Origin: Ramazzottius varieornatus
Lineage: Eukaryota; Animalia; Tardigrada
Direction of reading: 5' to 3'
Assembly (NCBI GenBank): GCA_001949185.1
Contig: BDGG01000014.1
Span: 1,333,378 to 1,397,377, forward strand
Length of the DNA: 64,000 nucleotides
The notes under the pieces were generated by a model. The model was not told where the DNA came from. It did not search any database and worked only from the letters and a program-made list of their open reading frames with translations. Below, piece by piece: positions 44,229 to 58,606 of this stretch. A program made the position numbers and the translations under genes. The stretch's first letter is position 1. The number at the start of each line of letters is the position of its first letter.

Positions 44229-47200
44229 AGGACGAAGTCAAGTGGCGCAGTCAGACCTGGAAGGAGCAAAGCTAACCTCTCGCCTTATACTCTGCAAACG
44301 GAAAGCTGCATTAACAAGTGTCAGTATAGTGCGGCACAGGCAGCTTGTAATCAGATGGATGGCTTACCAGTATACAAGCAATATTCTGCCAGAGAAGAAT
44401 GTTGCTGGCACGAAGTCAGCTGATTGAAGAAGGTGTATACTTCTGCCGGTCCTTTAAGCTAATAAAAGTCAGGACGAACGACGGTGGCTATGAAAAGTAG
44501 CTGGACTGGTTCGATGGCAGTCAGGCTTGACTTTTGGCAGCAGGAAGGCTATTAGGACACGACATTGTGGTGGTGGTGGTGGGTGGCTGGCGGCCATCAG
44601 CTTGTTCCAGCCCACATACGACGACTACAACTAGGTCTAACCGTCTTTGTGTGTTGCAGATCGAGCTGACATCCGTAATCAGAAGGACCTATGGACCGTA
44701 CAAACACTGGCTGCCTGGACCGACTGCTTCTCAAAAGCCCAGCAAAGTACCTTCCGTCTGCCTACGTCCAGCAAAGAGTCATTCACCAAGTAAGGACAGT
44801 GCCTCACGAACAGCGCCAATTAATCTGACGCGCTATAACTAACGATTACCTAGTGCGAGGGAAGCGCATATATTGTAAGGTGGACACCGCTGCATGTCGC
44901 TAGTTGAAGAGGCAGCAGCAGTCAACAGGTGCATTTCCAGCAGCGCCATCTTTAGAGAAGCTAGTCTTGTACTATAAAGCAAACTAAGTGGTACAATCAT
45001 GAGGAAAGAAGGCACAGGGTTGTTGGTCCCTCCCCTAATTGCATCTTGCAATATAGGTATCGGCGTTGAGGGCTGTAGCCGCTGCTTGTTGGATAAGGAT
45101 GGATCGAGGATACCTACATGGAAGAATAACGGCCAAGATGGACAACTGACGTTGAAGTAGGTGGTGACGGCCGGGGTTATTGCGTAGTAAAGTACTGTAT
45201 GTTGGAACTTTGAGCTGAGCGCTGGATCTTGGCCATCAGCAGGTCGTCCACAGTAAGACGGAGAGAGCAAGAGATGGCCGAGCGAACCACTTGGACATTG
45301 ATAGTGTCTGGCTATAACATATTATGGCCTGGCAGGGCACTATATGAATAGGGTCTTGGCTGTTGGGGTCGGATGGTGGCTGATGATGTGCACGTGGGTA
45401 GGTCGGCAGTCGGCAGCTTCTTTTGGTGCGAGCGACACTTGAATAACGCTGGCTAGCCTAGCGTAAAGAAATGCTTTCTTTGACTGAGACAGAAACCATT
45501 GAAGAACCCTTTGCTTATCATAACAGCCGGCCGCGGCATATCGATTAGGTGCGTTGCGGCTCATTTGCTCCATCTGCCTACTGTGCTGAAGTGTTGCTCC
45601 CACCTCCCACCCTCACAGTCATAAGCAACGCACCACCTCTGCTCAGCAGATCATCTTGGCCTTTGAGTTTTGCGTCCATCGCCGGGCTTGCGCTTGGTTT
45701 GCCAAGCTGCCTTGACGTTTAAGCGTATAGAAATGACTTGGGAGTGGGCAAGGCTGTGGTTGAGCGGCCCACCAATATTCCGCCCGGGGACATGATCGAA
45801 GTGCGCCACATAGGGAGACGGACGTGCTGCGTGCCGACAAGTGTCAGGGTCTTGTGATTGGAAGGTGTTACAGACGAGCGTCATGTTTACCTTAAACCTT
45901 CGAGCTGATGGAGCTCTGTCCACAAGAGGCACATTGAGCTGGTGCTTGCGACAGAGGAGTGTCTGTCGTTATTGAACGGCGGGCCTGCCGGAAGTGCTTG
46001 ACTTCTTGATGCCTCCTTGTTCGTCCGTCCGCCTTGTAGCTCCGTCATGACGCTTCATCCTTTGTTGTCATCTCTGCGCTCTGTATCGTACATCCTTTAA
46101 GGGCCAACTTGGTCGTACTTTGGCCCTTCATACAAGACCTGCTGCATTTTCGACAACGAACGCCGTCAGCGCCACGGTGTTTACTATAACTTAGCTGTGT
46201 CTCCAAGTGTTATACTACTGCGCCCCTTCGGGTATAACCCATAGCAGTCACTGGTATTCTCTGTGCTACGTCTGACTTTGTCCGTGTACCCAAGTAATCA
46301 AATAAGCTTCCAGCCCCGCTGGTGTTAGTAGAAACTTGGCATTTCTTGCATGGTGGATGCGTTTCCCTCAGGACTCTGTGGCTGTCTAACTGCCGCTGCA
46401 TCGACAAGTCGTCTAGCTTTCCCGTCCAAGTGTTGCTATACTATCACTGAGCGTGTCAGAAAGCTTTCCAGACACTGGTCCAGGAGGGCATGTACCGTAG
46501 ATCGAGCTTTCTACGGCTTCCTAACGATGAGATAATGGTGGTTTCTTCGGTATAAAGGTGGCCTAGCTTTGAAATGGAGAAACCATCAAGTTTAGTTGAG
46601 CGGCATGTGTTTCAGAAGTGCAGTTGGTTGTAAGATGAGGTGTTTACCAAGACATTAACACTGTGGTGTTGTTGCATTTTGGGCCAAGTGTAGTTTAGTC
46701 AACAGTGAAAAGTGGCGGCTGACATAACCATTGGGGGGCGGTGGAGGGCGGACCTTGTGCTTTTCTTTTCCTGTTGCAAGTACGGACTAGGGAGCCGTGG
46801 CGTCAAAACACAAGACAGTAGATATACCGGAATAGGTATCCTAACTACATTATAAAAGATGCCGATGCAGCACAGGCAAATCTTTAATCCCTGCTTGCTT
46901 TTGTCAATTTGATGTCTGGGCGACTTTTTGCAGAAGAGAATATGTAACGTTTCGGCTTAGTGTCGTCGTGTGCTGTTACGTGAGGTGTTGATGATTAGCT
47001 GGCTGCCGTTAAATAACCAACCGGCTCTTCCGTGCGCTGTTCGGAAAATGCGCTCTACACGGCAAAGATTGACTGTTGGAGCTCTTACCTGTACCTGTCT
47101 TTCACTTCTGTGCTGCTCAAAACTCCACAGGAGACTAGAGACGCAACAAGTCGACATCATTGTGTAATTTATATGGCACTGCTTCTGTCCTTGTCTTACG

Positions 47201-47976
47201 TCACTCCGGACTCTAATCACGGTCACTTTGGCCGAAACCTTGCTTTGTGTGTTGACCACTGAGCATTGGCCTCACACTTCTTGGGATATTCTTCTTTCTT
47301 GTTCTCTCTTGCTCTTGATCTTGCTGCCTTGGACTTTTACCCGTCCTGAATTGGCTAATCATATCACGGCCTGGTCAGTTTTCTTGGTCACTGTACCAGT
47401 GGAATATACTCTTATTGAGCGGAAGTCCAGACAGGGTTCCCCATTCTCTAGGGTTCCCTCCCTCCCTCACAACAGCCTTGGAGTTTTGAGGGGAGTCCGA
47501 TGATTGGCCTTTGTCAGCGCTATCCTCCTTGCAATTAGCAACGAGGCTGCACGTCATCACCAAGGATGATTTGGAGGTTTTGCCAATGGTCATTCTTCCT
47601 CTCAGGTATTCAATTAGGTCTTTTCTTGGGCTTTTGACCCTACGATGTTCAGGTAATTTCCTGAGTGCGTAAGCGGCCAGCTGTTACCGAGTCTGGGCTA
47701 TTATTAAAGTGCAAAGTGCCAAAAGTTCTCACGCAATCTTGAGGCCACACGCCGTCACGCATGTTTGCATGTAGTACCAGCAAGCGCCTGCATGCTTAAA
47801 TATATGACAATGGGTAACGGACCAGGCTCTTTGGTGGGCTCGGTGACGATCTAGGTGCAAAGTGAACTGTAGCTGGCCTGCATACAGCCCACTACCCACT
47901 GATGTACCACTAACAGAAAACAGACAGTCAAGAAGAGGAAACCGTGCAGATGTAGCTTAACGGAGACTTTATACAG

Positions 47977-50900
47977 TTTTACTGCTGCTGCTGCTGGACG
48001 ATGGCTGGCTGACTGAGCGGAAGTGGCATGTGCTGGTGACTGCTGTGGAGGTGGATGACGGTGCTTGGCGCTCGACGGAGAACGCCGCTTCTAACGATGA
48101 AGTAGGCAAGAAGCCGCTACACTACACAGGCACTGAAAGGCAAGAAGCGGTGGAATATCAACGCTACGATGGATGGTACAATAATTTAGCTCATCCCCAA
48201 TGGGGCTCTGTCGGTAAGGCCTTTACTTATAGCCTTTAATTTCCATCAAGTCGAAGAGGTGCTGTACTGTTATATATGATGTTTTGTAGATTCGCATATT
48301 ATCCGCAAAGCCGAGCCGTCCTACACGGACGGTGTGTACATGACCGAGTCGTCTTCGACGACCAATAAGCCCAGCCCGCGTTTGCTCAGTCAAAAGTTTA
48401 TGCGAGGCCGCGATGGCATGCCATCAGCCCGTAACCGCAGCACCCTGCTGCCCTTCTTTGGTGAGTTCCTGGCCTTTGATATTCTGCAGGGGACGGAGAA
48501 TGCCTGTCCCATTGAAATCTTAAAGATTGCCATCGAGCAGTGCGACAGCACCTTTGACCGCCACTGTCTGGGCCGGCAGAGTATGCCGCTGCTGCGTACC
48601 CGCTATGACCGTAGCAGCGGCCAAAGTCCCAACAAGCCCCGTGCCCAGCTCAATCTGATGAGCAGCTGGATCGACGGCAGCACCGTCTACTCCACCAAGG
48701 ATGTCTGGCTGTCGGCCATGCGCTCCTACAACAATGGCACCCTCAAGGTCGAGGCGGCCACCAACCTGCCGCCCTTCAACACCATTGGCGCACCCATCTC
48801 CAACCCCCCACCCAGCCATATCAACAAGGTCCTCGATCCTGCCCGCCTCTTCCGTAAGTTACTCCATCTCCCTTGTCCTCCCCCAGCACTGAGCCTCACT
48901 TCTTTTCTCTTACAGTGCTGGGCGATGGTCGCTCCAACCAGCATCCGCCCATTCTGGCCATCAGTATCCTCTTTTACCGTCTACACAACGTCATGGCTGC
49001 CCGTATTCAAGCCCAGCATCCGCAGTGGCGCGACGAGCAAATCTTTCAGCGAGCTCGACGCTGGGTCATTGCCATCATGCAGAATATCGCACTGTACGAG
49101 TACTTGCCGGCCTTCTTGGATATCCAAGTTGCACCATACAACGGTAAGGAGCAAGCCCGGCCTAACAAAGCTTGACGCAGTGGCCACGTTAAATGTTCAT
49201 TTGCAGGTTACCAAGCCGATATCCACCCGGGTATCTCGGACGTCTTCCAGGCTGCCGCCTTCCGTTTCGGCCACACGCAGATCCCCGCTGGCATCTTTGT
49301 CCGTGATACACAGTGCCACTTTAAGAGGACCGACGAAGGCTACCCGGCTTTCCGCTTGTGCAACACGTGGTTCGACTCGCAAGCCACACTGCAGAAGGTG
49401 GGCGGTATAGAGCCCATCATTATGGGCTTGGCCTCGCAGATTGCCGAGAAGGAAGACGCCATCATCATTGACGACCTGCGCGGTAATGGCCCACTTATGA
49501 TCGCTGGTTACAATTGGCAATAGAGGCTAATTATTTTGTAGAGCACATCTTTGGGCCGATGGAGTACTCTCGTCGTGACTTGGCCGCCGTCAACGTGATG
49601 CGAGGCCGCGATTACGGCCTGCCCGACTACAACAAAGCCCGTAAAGCCTACAAGTTGCGCGCCATCGACAAGTGGAGTGACATTAACCCCGAGTTGTACA
49701 ATGAGAAGCCGGAGATGTTTGAGGAGCTGCGGCAGCTGTACCAGGACCAGCTGGACACTATTGACTTGTACGTCGGGGGCATGCTCGAGTGTGACGGCAA
49801 CAAGCCGGGCCCCCTCTTTACCGAAATTATCCGCGAGCAGTTTCTGCGCTTGCGCGACGCCGACCGCTTCTGGTTCGAGAACCGCGACAATGGCTTCTTT
49901 AACGAGCAAGAGATTGCCAGCATTAAGGCTACAACGCTGCACGATGTCATCGTGGCTGCCTCGGACATTCCCGCCTCGGCCATCCAGAAGAATGTCTTCT
50001 TCTGGCGCGCCGGTACGTACACATCCCTTCCCTCTTCTCTCTGACATTTCCCACTTGCCTCCTTGGTCATTTCTCTTGTTATCCTTGACAGGAGATCCAT
50101 GTGGACAGCCGTTCCAGCTGACAGGCAGCATGCTGGAACCCTGTGTCTCTTTGGGCGCTGTCAGCCGCGATGTTTTTGCCGGCAACGAAGTCCTGTTCCT
50201 TTTGACATGCTTCATCCTTTTCTGCATCATCCCGGCCTGTACGTGCAGTAGATCAAAAAGGCCCTTTTCTTGTCGTAGAATAATTATCCGTCATTATTTA
50301 CAGTGGCCTGCTTGTCGGCCTATCTGCTGGTCAAGTACCGTGGCCACAAGCGCCGCAAGTATATTAAGCATCATGCCGATCAGCTGTATTGGTCAGCTAA
50401 CAATGCGCCGCCGCTGCCGCCGAAAAATGAGCAGTTGAAGGCAAAGAATAGCAGCAGCAATTTGCCTCACTCCGATCAGATGACGCACAACCACGAATAT
50501 AACCCCAAATACAGGTATAATGATGGTTGTAGACTATGGAAGTGAGTAGCATCTTGAGTGATGGCGCCTGCTCTATCATAGTGTGGGTAACCTCGCTGTC
50601 AAGGGGCTGGAGAAAGGCAGCTGGGAAAAAGTCCTGGCTACCGAATGGCTTCACCGCTATCAGAGTCGACCGGTCAAGTTGAAGTTTGGCAGCGACGGGC
50701 AGATTCACGTCGAGAACCGCAAGGGCGATCGTCTACGGACCATCAAGACCAGGTCGGTCAATGCCATGATGCTGGAAGTGACGGAAGATGCCTCTCAAGA
50801 ACCGCTGGCGCTGCTGCGCATCCACAAGGAGCACGACTTGGTCCTCGCCTTTGATAACATTGCCTCCTGTAGCAAGTTCCGTAACCTTCTCAAGCACTTC

Positions 50901-53900
50901 CTGGAGGCCCAAGACAAGGACTTGGTGGTGTCGCCCACTTCTCACGAGCATATATACACTACAGCCGAAACCAAGGAGAAGCGCCAAAGTCGGCTGGAAC
51001 GCTTCTTCAAGATTGCCTATGCCAGAGTAAGCACCTCATATCATTAAGCTTGGCTTCCTCAACCTGCATACCGGGCGCAGCTTAGTCCACGCCCAGCCCC
51101 TGGTATGCAGGTTCTCGATCCGTTACATGATAGTCATCAACTGTTGTTGTCGGCTTGGTTGTGCATGTGTTGGCTGTGCCATAGGCTTTTGGCTTGGACC
51201 GGCGAGAACGGTCAGAGGAAGAACTACGAGACTGCGAGGAAGCCATGCAGCTGAAGCTGACACGGCTGGACTTTGCCGAAGCACTAGCCATGAAGCCCAA
51301 TTGCGCCTTTATCCAGAAGATGTTCAACTGCATCGACAAGGACGGCGACGGCAAGATCTCTTTCCAGCAGTTCTTGGACCTTATTATCCGCTTCTCGTCA
51401 GGTAATGCCCAAGACCGGCTGCGAGTCTTTTTTGACATGTGCGACGTCGACGGCACCGGCCTCATTGAGCATACGCAACTCTTCCATCTCCTACGGTAGG
51501 CAACGCATGCCTCATAATTATGTCAACGCTACATGTTGGCAATAAATATTGATTGCAGGAGTCTACTGGATATGACGGCATCGCAAAAGGGGACAGCCAG
51601 CATGGATGCCGTCAACGTCTGGAAGATTTTTGAAGATCTGGGCTTGAAAGGCAAGAAGCGTCTGTCCTTTGAGGACTTTCTGTCCATCTTTATGGACCAT
51701 TCGCAAGACTTGTCCCGAATGGGCTTGGACTTCAAAGGTAAAGCTCCCCCTTCCCCGTTGACTTATCAAGTGTCTCAACAGGTAGCTTTTATCTGAACTT
51801 TGGCAGGAGTGCGTCAGACCTTCCTGGAGCCAGAGTGTCAAAGCGAACGCTTACCAGGTGGCGTGGAGGGAGAGACGTCAGAGGGCGCTAGCGGCTGGGC
51901 AGCTGCTTTCCACCGCAAACGGCTGTACTGCCTGACCTTGCTGGAGGAGAACAAGCAGCAAGCCTTTTATCTGGGCTTGTACTTTGTGGCCGTCCTTGGC
52001 GTCTGGCTGGAGCGATTCAGCTGTAAGTTGGCTGTACTGTACTAATAAATGGGAAAAGAAGGGGAATGAAAGAGAGTGCTGTGCTCTTGGATAGTTTACA
52101 TGTTCTTGAACGAGACCAACAACTTGCGACAAGTGATGGGCGTCGGCATCGCCATCACGCGCGGCTCAGCTGCTGCCATGAGCTTGTCCTTTGCCATCCT
52201 GCTGCTGACCGTCTCCCGCAACGTCATCACGCGTTTACGGGAGACCTTCCTCTACCACTACATTCCCTTCGATTCGGCGCTGGCCTTGCACAAGATTGTG
52301 GCCATGACGGGCGCCTTCTTCGCCTTGGTTCACAGCGTTGGCCATGTCATCAACTTTTACCACGTCTCCACCCAGCCCATCACCCATCTGAAATGCCTCT
52401 TCAAAGAGATGTCCTTCCCGCCCACACCACCCTCCTTCGCCTTCTGGGTCTACAAGACCCTGACCGGTAAGTGCCTCTTCCCCATTCCGACCTCTGCACT
52501 ACCAAAGCAGTCTTTGTATGATTGCAGGGCTGACCGGTGTCCTATTGGTCATTGTCCTCTGCGTCATGTTTGTCTTTGCCTTGTGGCCGCGCATCCATCA
52601 GCACGCCTACCGCTACTTTTGGCTCACCCATCGTTACGGTTACATCCTCTTTTACATCCTCTGCATTCTCCATGGCTTGCCGCGTCTCACTGGGGTAAAG
52701 TCGATCACCCCCTTCCTTTCTTCTAGCGGCGAGCATTATTCGACGTAACAAGGAGTTATCTTTGCAGGAAGCCCGTTTCCCGCTGTACTTGATCGTGCCC
52801 TTGATTGTCTTCATTATCGACCGCCTAATGGGCATCAAGCAAACGGCGCTGGAACTGGAAGTTATCGAGGCCGAATGTCTGCCTTCTGGTATGCCATATT
52901 CTTACTCCGCCAGTCCATGTTAATAAAGAAAAGAGTAATGTGTCACCTTGTGCTCTGTATAGATGTCATCCATTTGAAGTTTGCCCGTCCGGCGGACTTT
53001 GAGTATCGATCGGGGCAGTGGATCCGGCTGTACTGCACCAGCTTCTGCCAGCACGAGTCTCATCCCTTCACGCTGACCTCCATGCCGCACGACGGCTACC
53101 TCAGTGTCCATGTCAAGGCCCAAGGTATCTGGACCTGGAAGTTGCGCCAAGCCTTTGAAGGGCTGGAGCAGCATCAGCTGCCCGTCCAGCAGCAACTGCA
53201 GCCCAAGCTGCGCATCGAAGGTCCCTTTGGTGGCGGCAACCAGGACTGGTACAAGTACGACGTGGTAGTCATGGTGGGGGCCGGCATGGGTGTGACGCCT
53301 TATGCCTCCATCCTCAAAGACCTGGTATGTATGTCCCTCTATCAACTGCAAGAAGCACGTGGCCTTGCATCTCCTTTATATAGGTCTTTGGTACTTCCAC
53401 CAATCGATTCTCGGGTTTCAACTGCAAGAAGGTCTACTTTGTCTGGATATGTCCTTCGCACAAACCCTTCGAATGGTTCGTCGATACCCTCCATGACATT
53501 GAGAAGCGCGACGTCACCAAAGTGCTGGAGATGCACATCTTTGTCACCCAATTCTTCCACAAGTTCGACTTGCGCACCACCATGCTGGTATGTCACGCCT
53601 TGCTTTTTTTCTTTATTGTTATAGCCGCAGCTGGCTGGGGGATTATCATGTTTTTTTTCTTGCTTCTTAGTATGTTTGTGAGAACCACTTTCAGCGCTTG
53701 TCGAAGAAGAGTCTTTTCACCGGCTTGAAGGCCATCAATCATTTCGGTCGTCCCGACATGCCGGCCTTCCTCCAGTTCGTCAAACAGCGCCACTCTCATG
53801 TAAGAAGAAGGCTTTGGCCTATAGTCAATATGAGGCATTGTTTTGGTCATAAAGCCAATGGGGCGGAAATCATTGCTCTTCTCTCCACTGTATAGGTGTC

Positions 53901-54021
53901 GACAGTGGGCGTCTTCTCCTGCGGTCCGCCGCAGATGACCAGGAACGTTGCCAAAGGCTGCGAAGTGGTCAATCGCCAGCGAGCTTATCCACGCTTCCTC
54001 CATCACTACGAAAACTTTTAA
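47977..54021 (+). CDS. DUOX: Dual oxidase (peroxidase-like domain, EF-hands, NOX); first coding exon not located
   Basis: [62 protein letters not shown]-hands [13 protein letters not shown] and [15 protein letters not shown] (FAD), [22 protein letters not shown] and C-terminal HHYENF-stop. Confidence 0.96.
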
Positions 54022-55667
54022 ACAATGAGACTTTTTGCATCCACCGACCAGTTGCACTCTCTTTCAACTTTGTGATAAGCAGATTTGACTTTCTTTATAA
54101 ATATAGCTTTGTACTTTTCTGACCGGCGCTCCAGAAATACTTTTGCTAAAGAGCTGATTTGTACCTTTTACCACCTCTGCTTCTAAACAGTTCTTTTATA
54201 TGGCTGTACTTTGGGCGTCGAACAAACTGGAAAGCAAGTTGGCAGCAAGAACCAGGGGACGAATCGATGCCATTCAATGGTGAGATTGATGGGAAAATGA
54301 AGGACTGGATGGTAGTTGTGCATGCGAGGTGTAAAACTCTTCTTGCGGAAAGACGATGCTAGTTGTTTGATTGTCGCTCTTGCAGTCTCCATGTGACAGA
54401 CGGAAGCAACGTTCATGCCCGATCTTGTTGCCTCATGCTTTGCCTTATCAGCTTGATAGTTACGCGCGTACAGCTAACAAGACTAATCAGATTCTATAGC
54501 CTAGTTAAAGAGCTGCTTACTGTCTAGTCTTCGTCCAACCGAGCTTTCATGACTTGATTTCATGCTTGACCACCTATCCGTAGCGCTCAAGACTTTGCTT
54601 TATGCAGTAACCAGGAGGTACCTTCGGGCTCTAGCTGGCCAAGTACGACAGCGGTCCACGCTGAGCGTCCGCCAAGTAAAGTTCGCCATTAATTTCTCTC
54701 TCCATCACAATCGGCAAACACCATTGTGTTTTTATCGCTTGTACCCATTGGTGGGTAACAAGTTGGTCCATTGAGAAAAGATGAATGAGGTTCCATGCCT
54801 GAGTTCCTCAGTGTGCGCTGTGCTGCTGAAGCGTCAGTGCGATCTGGCCGTTGAAGAACACCCATGACGTCAGACAGCGGTCTGAACAGGTACACAACAG
54901 GCAATCACCATAGCTCGAAGTAATGACGTCAAGGACGATAAAACGAAGAAAGCCTTTTCCCCGTTCCGCTTGATGTTAAGGCGCTCCGCTGTCTCAGCTT
55001 GACCACCGTAATACAATGAAAGTGACCACTGGAACCAAGCGGATTTACATTAACTTGTTCTGAACGGAGCGGGCCGCCAGATGATGCAGCGCTGTGTGAT
55101 AACTCAATATCAGTGCAATCTTGGTGATCAGATTCAAGTGCAGAATGATGGTGATGAGCGAGTTTAGTCACTGTGTTTTGTTTTTGGTCCGCCAGCTACT
55201 GTTGACTGTTGAGCTGTATCGTCGGTCGCCATCATCAAAGAGCAGAGTGTGGCTTTGATCATTTGGTGTTTTCGTCAGTGTGTTGCTGTCCACATGCGAG
55301 AAGCAAGTATTGGACGTACGTCTACGCTGCGCCATCGCTGCTTCTTCGGATGCTATCAAGCTGAACGGAAGGTACATAGTACAGACGACATTATAAATGA
55401 TGTTGCTTTTTATCCGTAATCAGCATTCTTCGTTTTAGTGGTCGATGCATCGTTAAACTGCGCCGCAGCGTACGGCGTACGTGCTGATATTTTAGCGCCG
55501 TCAACAGTATGTTGATATCCGAACAATGCCAAGAATGCTTGACATTGCTCGTCCCATTATCCGTGCTGCCGTGTGAATATTTTGAACTGAGGATTTAGCG
55601 ATGGAATGTTTTTCTGCTTGTAGCGTGCGCAATATTTTGTTGTGATCTGCTGCGTAAAATGTGAAGA

Positions 55668-58573
55668 ATGAGCAGCAAAGTTCAGCCTCCTCTGGCGAAT
55701 GGCAGTGGGTCATTCCATCCTCATCTGACCACGGCCCATTCTCCCACCAAAGCCTCCTTCAACCTAACGTCCTTCCAGGATCCCGCACATCAGCATGTCC
55801 CGCCGGACGATGCGGAAGTCGAGCGCCGTCTCAATGATATCCTTGTAAGTTCCGAAGGTTTCGGTTTCGAAAGTGATTGTGTGTGACGTCAAGCGTACGC
55901 TCTGTCACCCCACTGGCTAATCGATACCATGTGGTATGGAGTGAGTGTACATGGACCACGTGGCACCATTTCGCCTGGTGGAAACGATGACGATAGTTCA
56001 CGTTGATAACATTGGCGTTGATTGGCTTGATTTATTGTTGATATGATATTGTTTGTAGAAATCGATGGACCTTCCGCCGGACAAGGCTAAAATTCTGCGT
56101 GGCTATGATAGCAAGAAGAAATGGGAGTTGATTTGTGATCAAGTAAGTGGCAAGCGTGATGTAGATGGATGTGTTCGGGGGCTTAACAAGTGAGCAAACC
56201 AATGGTCAGTGTGCAAAGTGTGAAGACGGACAAAGAGCGCGAGGAGGATTGTGTAATCGGAGTGGGCCAAGTGGGCCTTCCTGGCGGAGGGCTCACTTCC
56301 GGTTTGTTGGTCACACTTGTTGTGGCGTTGACGATCCCTGACGATGACGACCGCGGAGGCTGTTATTATTCCGTTTAATGCTCTTCGAGCAATCCGCCCA
56401 GCATTAAGCCAAGCACAGCGCGGTAACCTCGTCTTGATAACACGTTACTTGAATATCTCGCACCTTTTCCTCGCGCCATCTTTTCTGGGCCCTCGCTGGC
56501 CCATTGTGTGTCAGCCAAGAAAGATGCCTTATCGATCGTTTGGCTCTTCTTTTCTGCTCGTGCTTGGCAATTAAGCCTTGATAGAACTAGGACCAAAATG
56601 ACAAGATTGATGAGTTTAGCCCCAACAAGAGATGTACAATCAGCTTCGATCGAACACCACAGTCATCTCCTCACAAGGAACTGTGCAATACGTTGCTGAA
56701 TTGTGGCTAAGTTCAAATCAATTACAGAAGGGCTGATTGCTTTGCGATGCAGTGGTTTGTTGGTGGAACGAGTCTGGCCGCAATGACACTGTCGGACCAT
56801 TAAGGGTCATAACTAGTTTATATAGCCTTTTGCTATATTGCATAATAATGCTGTGCGTATATGCGGTGATGGTCGAGCGCTTGACTAGCATTGTTTGCTG
56901 TTGGACAATAGGAGCGTGTCATTGTCAAGGATGCACCGTCGGTTTATTTGCACCAACTGCGCCACTTCGTCGATCCCAAATCCTTCACGGCTCGCGCCGC
57001 CAAATCCCTGGCTCTTACTTCCAAGGTACTTTGGCCAATTCCAATGACGATTTAATGTTGTCATCTGCCTACCATTATCGAGCCGTATAATTAGTGGCAT
57101 TTGGTTATAGAGCAAAAGTAAGAGCGAGCATGTCAGCGGCACATCGACACAAACACTGCGCAATCTGGAAACTTCACTTCGGACTAACAATATCGAGTAA
57201 GTCAGCTGTTTTCTTGGGATACTATCCTGTTACTTGGGTTGGGCCGCATGGTATTTGCAAGGGTGAGATTCGGTTGATGAAGGTGCTGGGCCTGCTGGCT
57301 GAGTAGGTTATTTAAGTCTGGCTGTTGCAGATGGGTGCGGGAGTTCCTGAACGAAGAGAACGGCGGCCTGGATGTCCTCATTGACTATTTGGCTTCCCGC
57401 CTGGCACAAATCAAGTAAGCGCAACTTGCCCACCCCTTTTCCCTATAGTCGGTGCGCGATGTGATGAGGGGGGTGTGGGCGTTACAGGAATGAAGTAGGC
57501 AATGGAGCCTTGTCTTCGTCCAGCAGTATTAGCAACGGCACCAGCCTGAATGGCCATGACAAGACGCCTGCCTCGTCGGCCTCGTCGCCATCCAACGGCC
57601 ACTCGGACCACCACATTTCCAGCTTTGCTCACAAGTCTCTGCGCCTTAGCCGTTCGTCGGCCGCCAAACGCTTAGGGCAGCCGCAGGACGATGTCCATGT
57701 CTGCATCCTCTGTCTTCGGGCCATCATGAACAACAAGGTAGGCCACTTCCATGTCCTCACTGTGGCTGCTGCTCCTTGATTACATCTGCCTCTCTGTCGG
57801 TAGTTTGGCTTCAATATGGTCATTTGCCGCTCTGACGCCATCAACTACATCGCCCTCAGTTTGGTCCACAAGAGTTTGCGGACCAAGGCCCTGGTCTTGG
57901 AACTGTTGGCGGCCATCTGCCTGGTCAAAGGTGGCCACGAAATGATCCTGCTGGCTTTTGATAACTTCAAGACGGTCCACCATGAACGCCATCGCTTCCA
58001 GACATTGATGTACTACTTTCGCAACTACGACGACTTTAACATTGACTTTATGGTTCGTAGCATTGGCTAGCTTTTCTCCCTTCATCAAAGCACGAAAGCA
58101 CCTGTGATCGTTGGCGGAAGAATATGTCCTTTCAGGTGGCCTGTATGCAGTTCATCAATATCATCGTTCATTCCGTCGAAGATATGAACTACCGTGTCTA
58201 TCTGCAGTATGAGTTTACCGTTATCGGTCTGGACGAATACCTTGAGGTACCTCATGACCAAATATACATTAGCGTGAATTGAGCGCCTTGCCTGATCTCT
58301 TGGGCAAGCTCTTGTCTCAAGTCTCACTTCGGTTCTTGAGTCAGTCATTGTTTTGTTACAGAAATTACGGCACCACGAAAGCGAAGAACTGACAACACAG
58401 ATAGCAGCCTATCTGGATAACGTCTTTGACGTGACAGCCTTGATGAAAGATGCAGAAATTAGTCATGCGGCTTTGGAACGCGTCCAAGAAGTCGAAGAAC
58501 AACTATCACATGTAAGTGTCTCACTACTTGTCATTCCAGTCATCCCTGGGAGTGGGCCGATGAGTCTTGATGG

Positions 58574-58606
<33 letters not shown>

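Noticed and set aside
44058-44427. Poly-Asp and poly-Met ORFs
   Set aside because: Artefacts of the (GAT)n microsatellite.
44300-47950. Possible DUOXA maturation factor head-to-head with Duox, or another gene in this 3.6-kb gap
   Set aside because: No multi-TM DUOXA-like frames or consistent exon chain; the short hydrophobic ORFs (e.g. 47228-47503) lack motifs. Probably Duox 5' UTR exons, introns and regulatory DNA.
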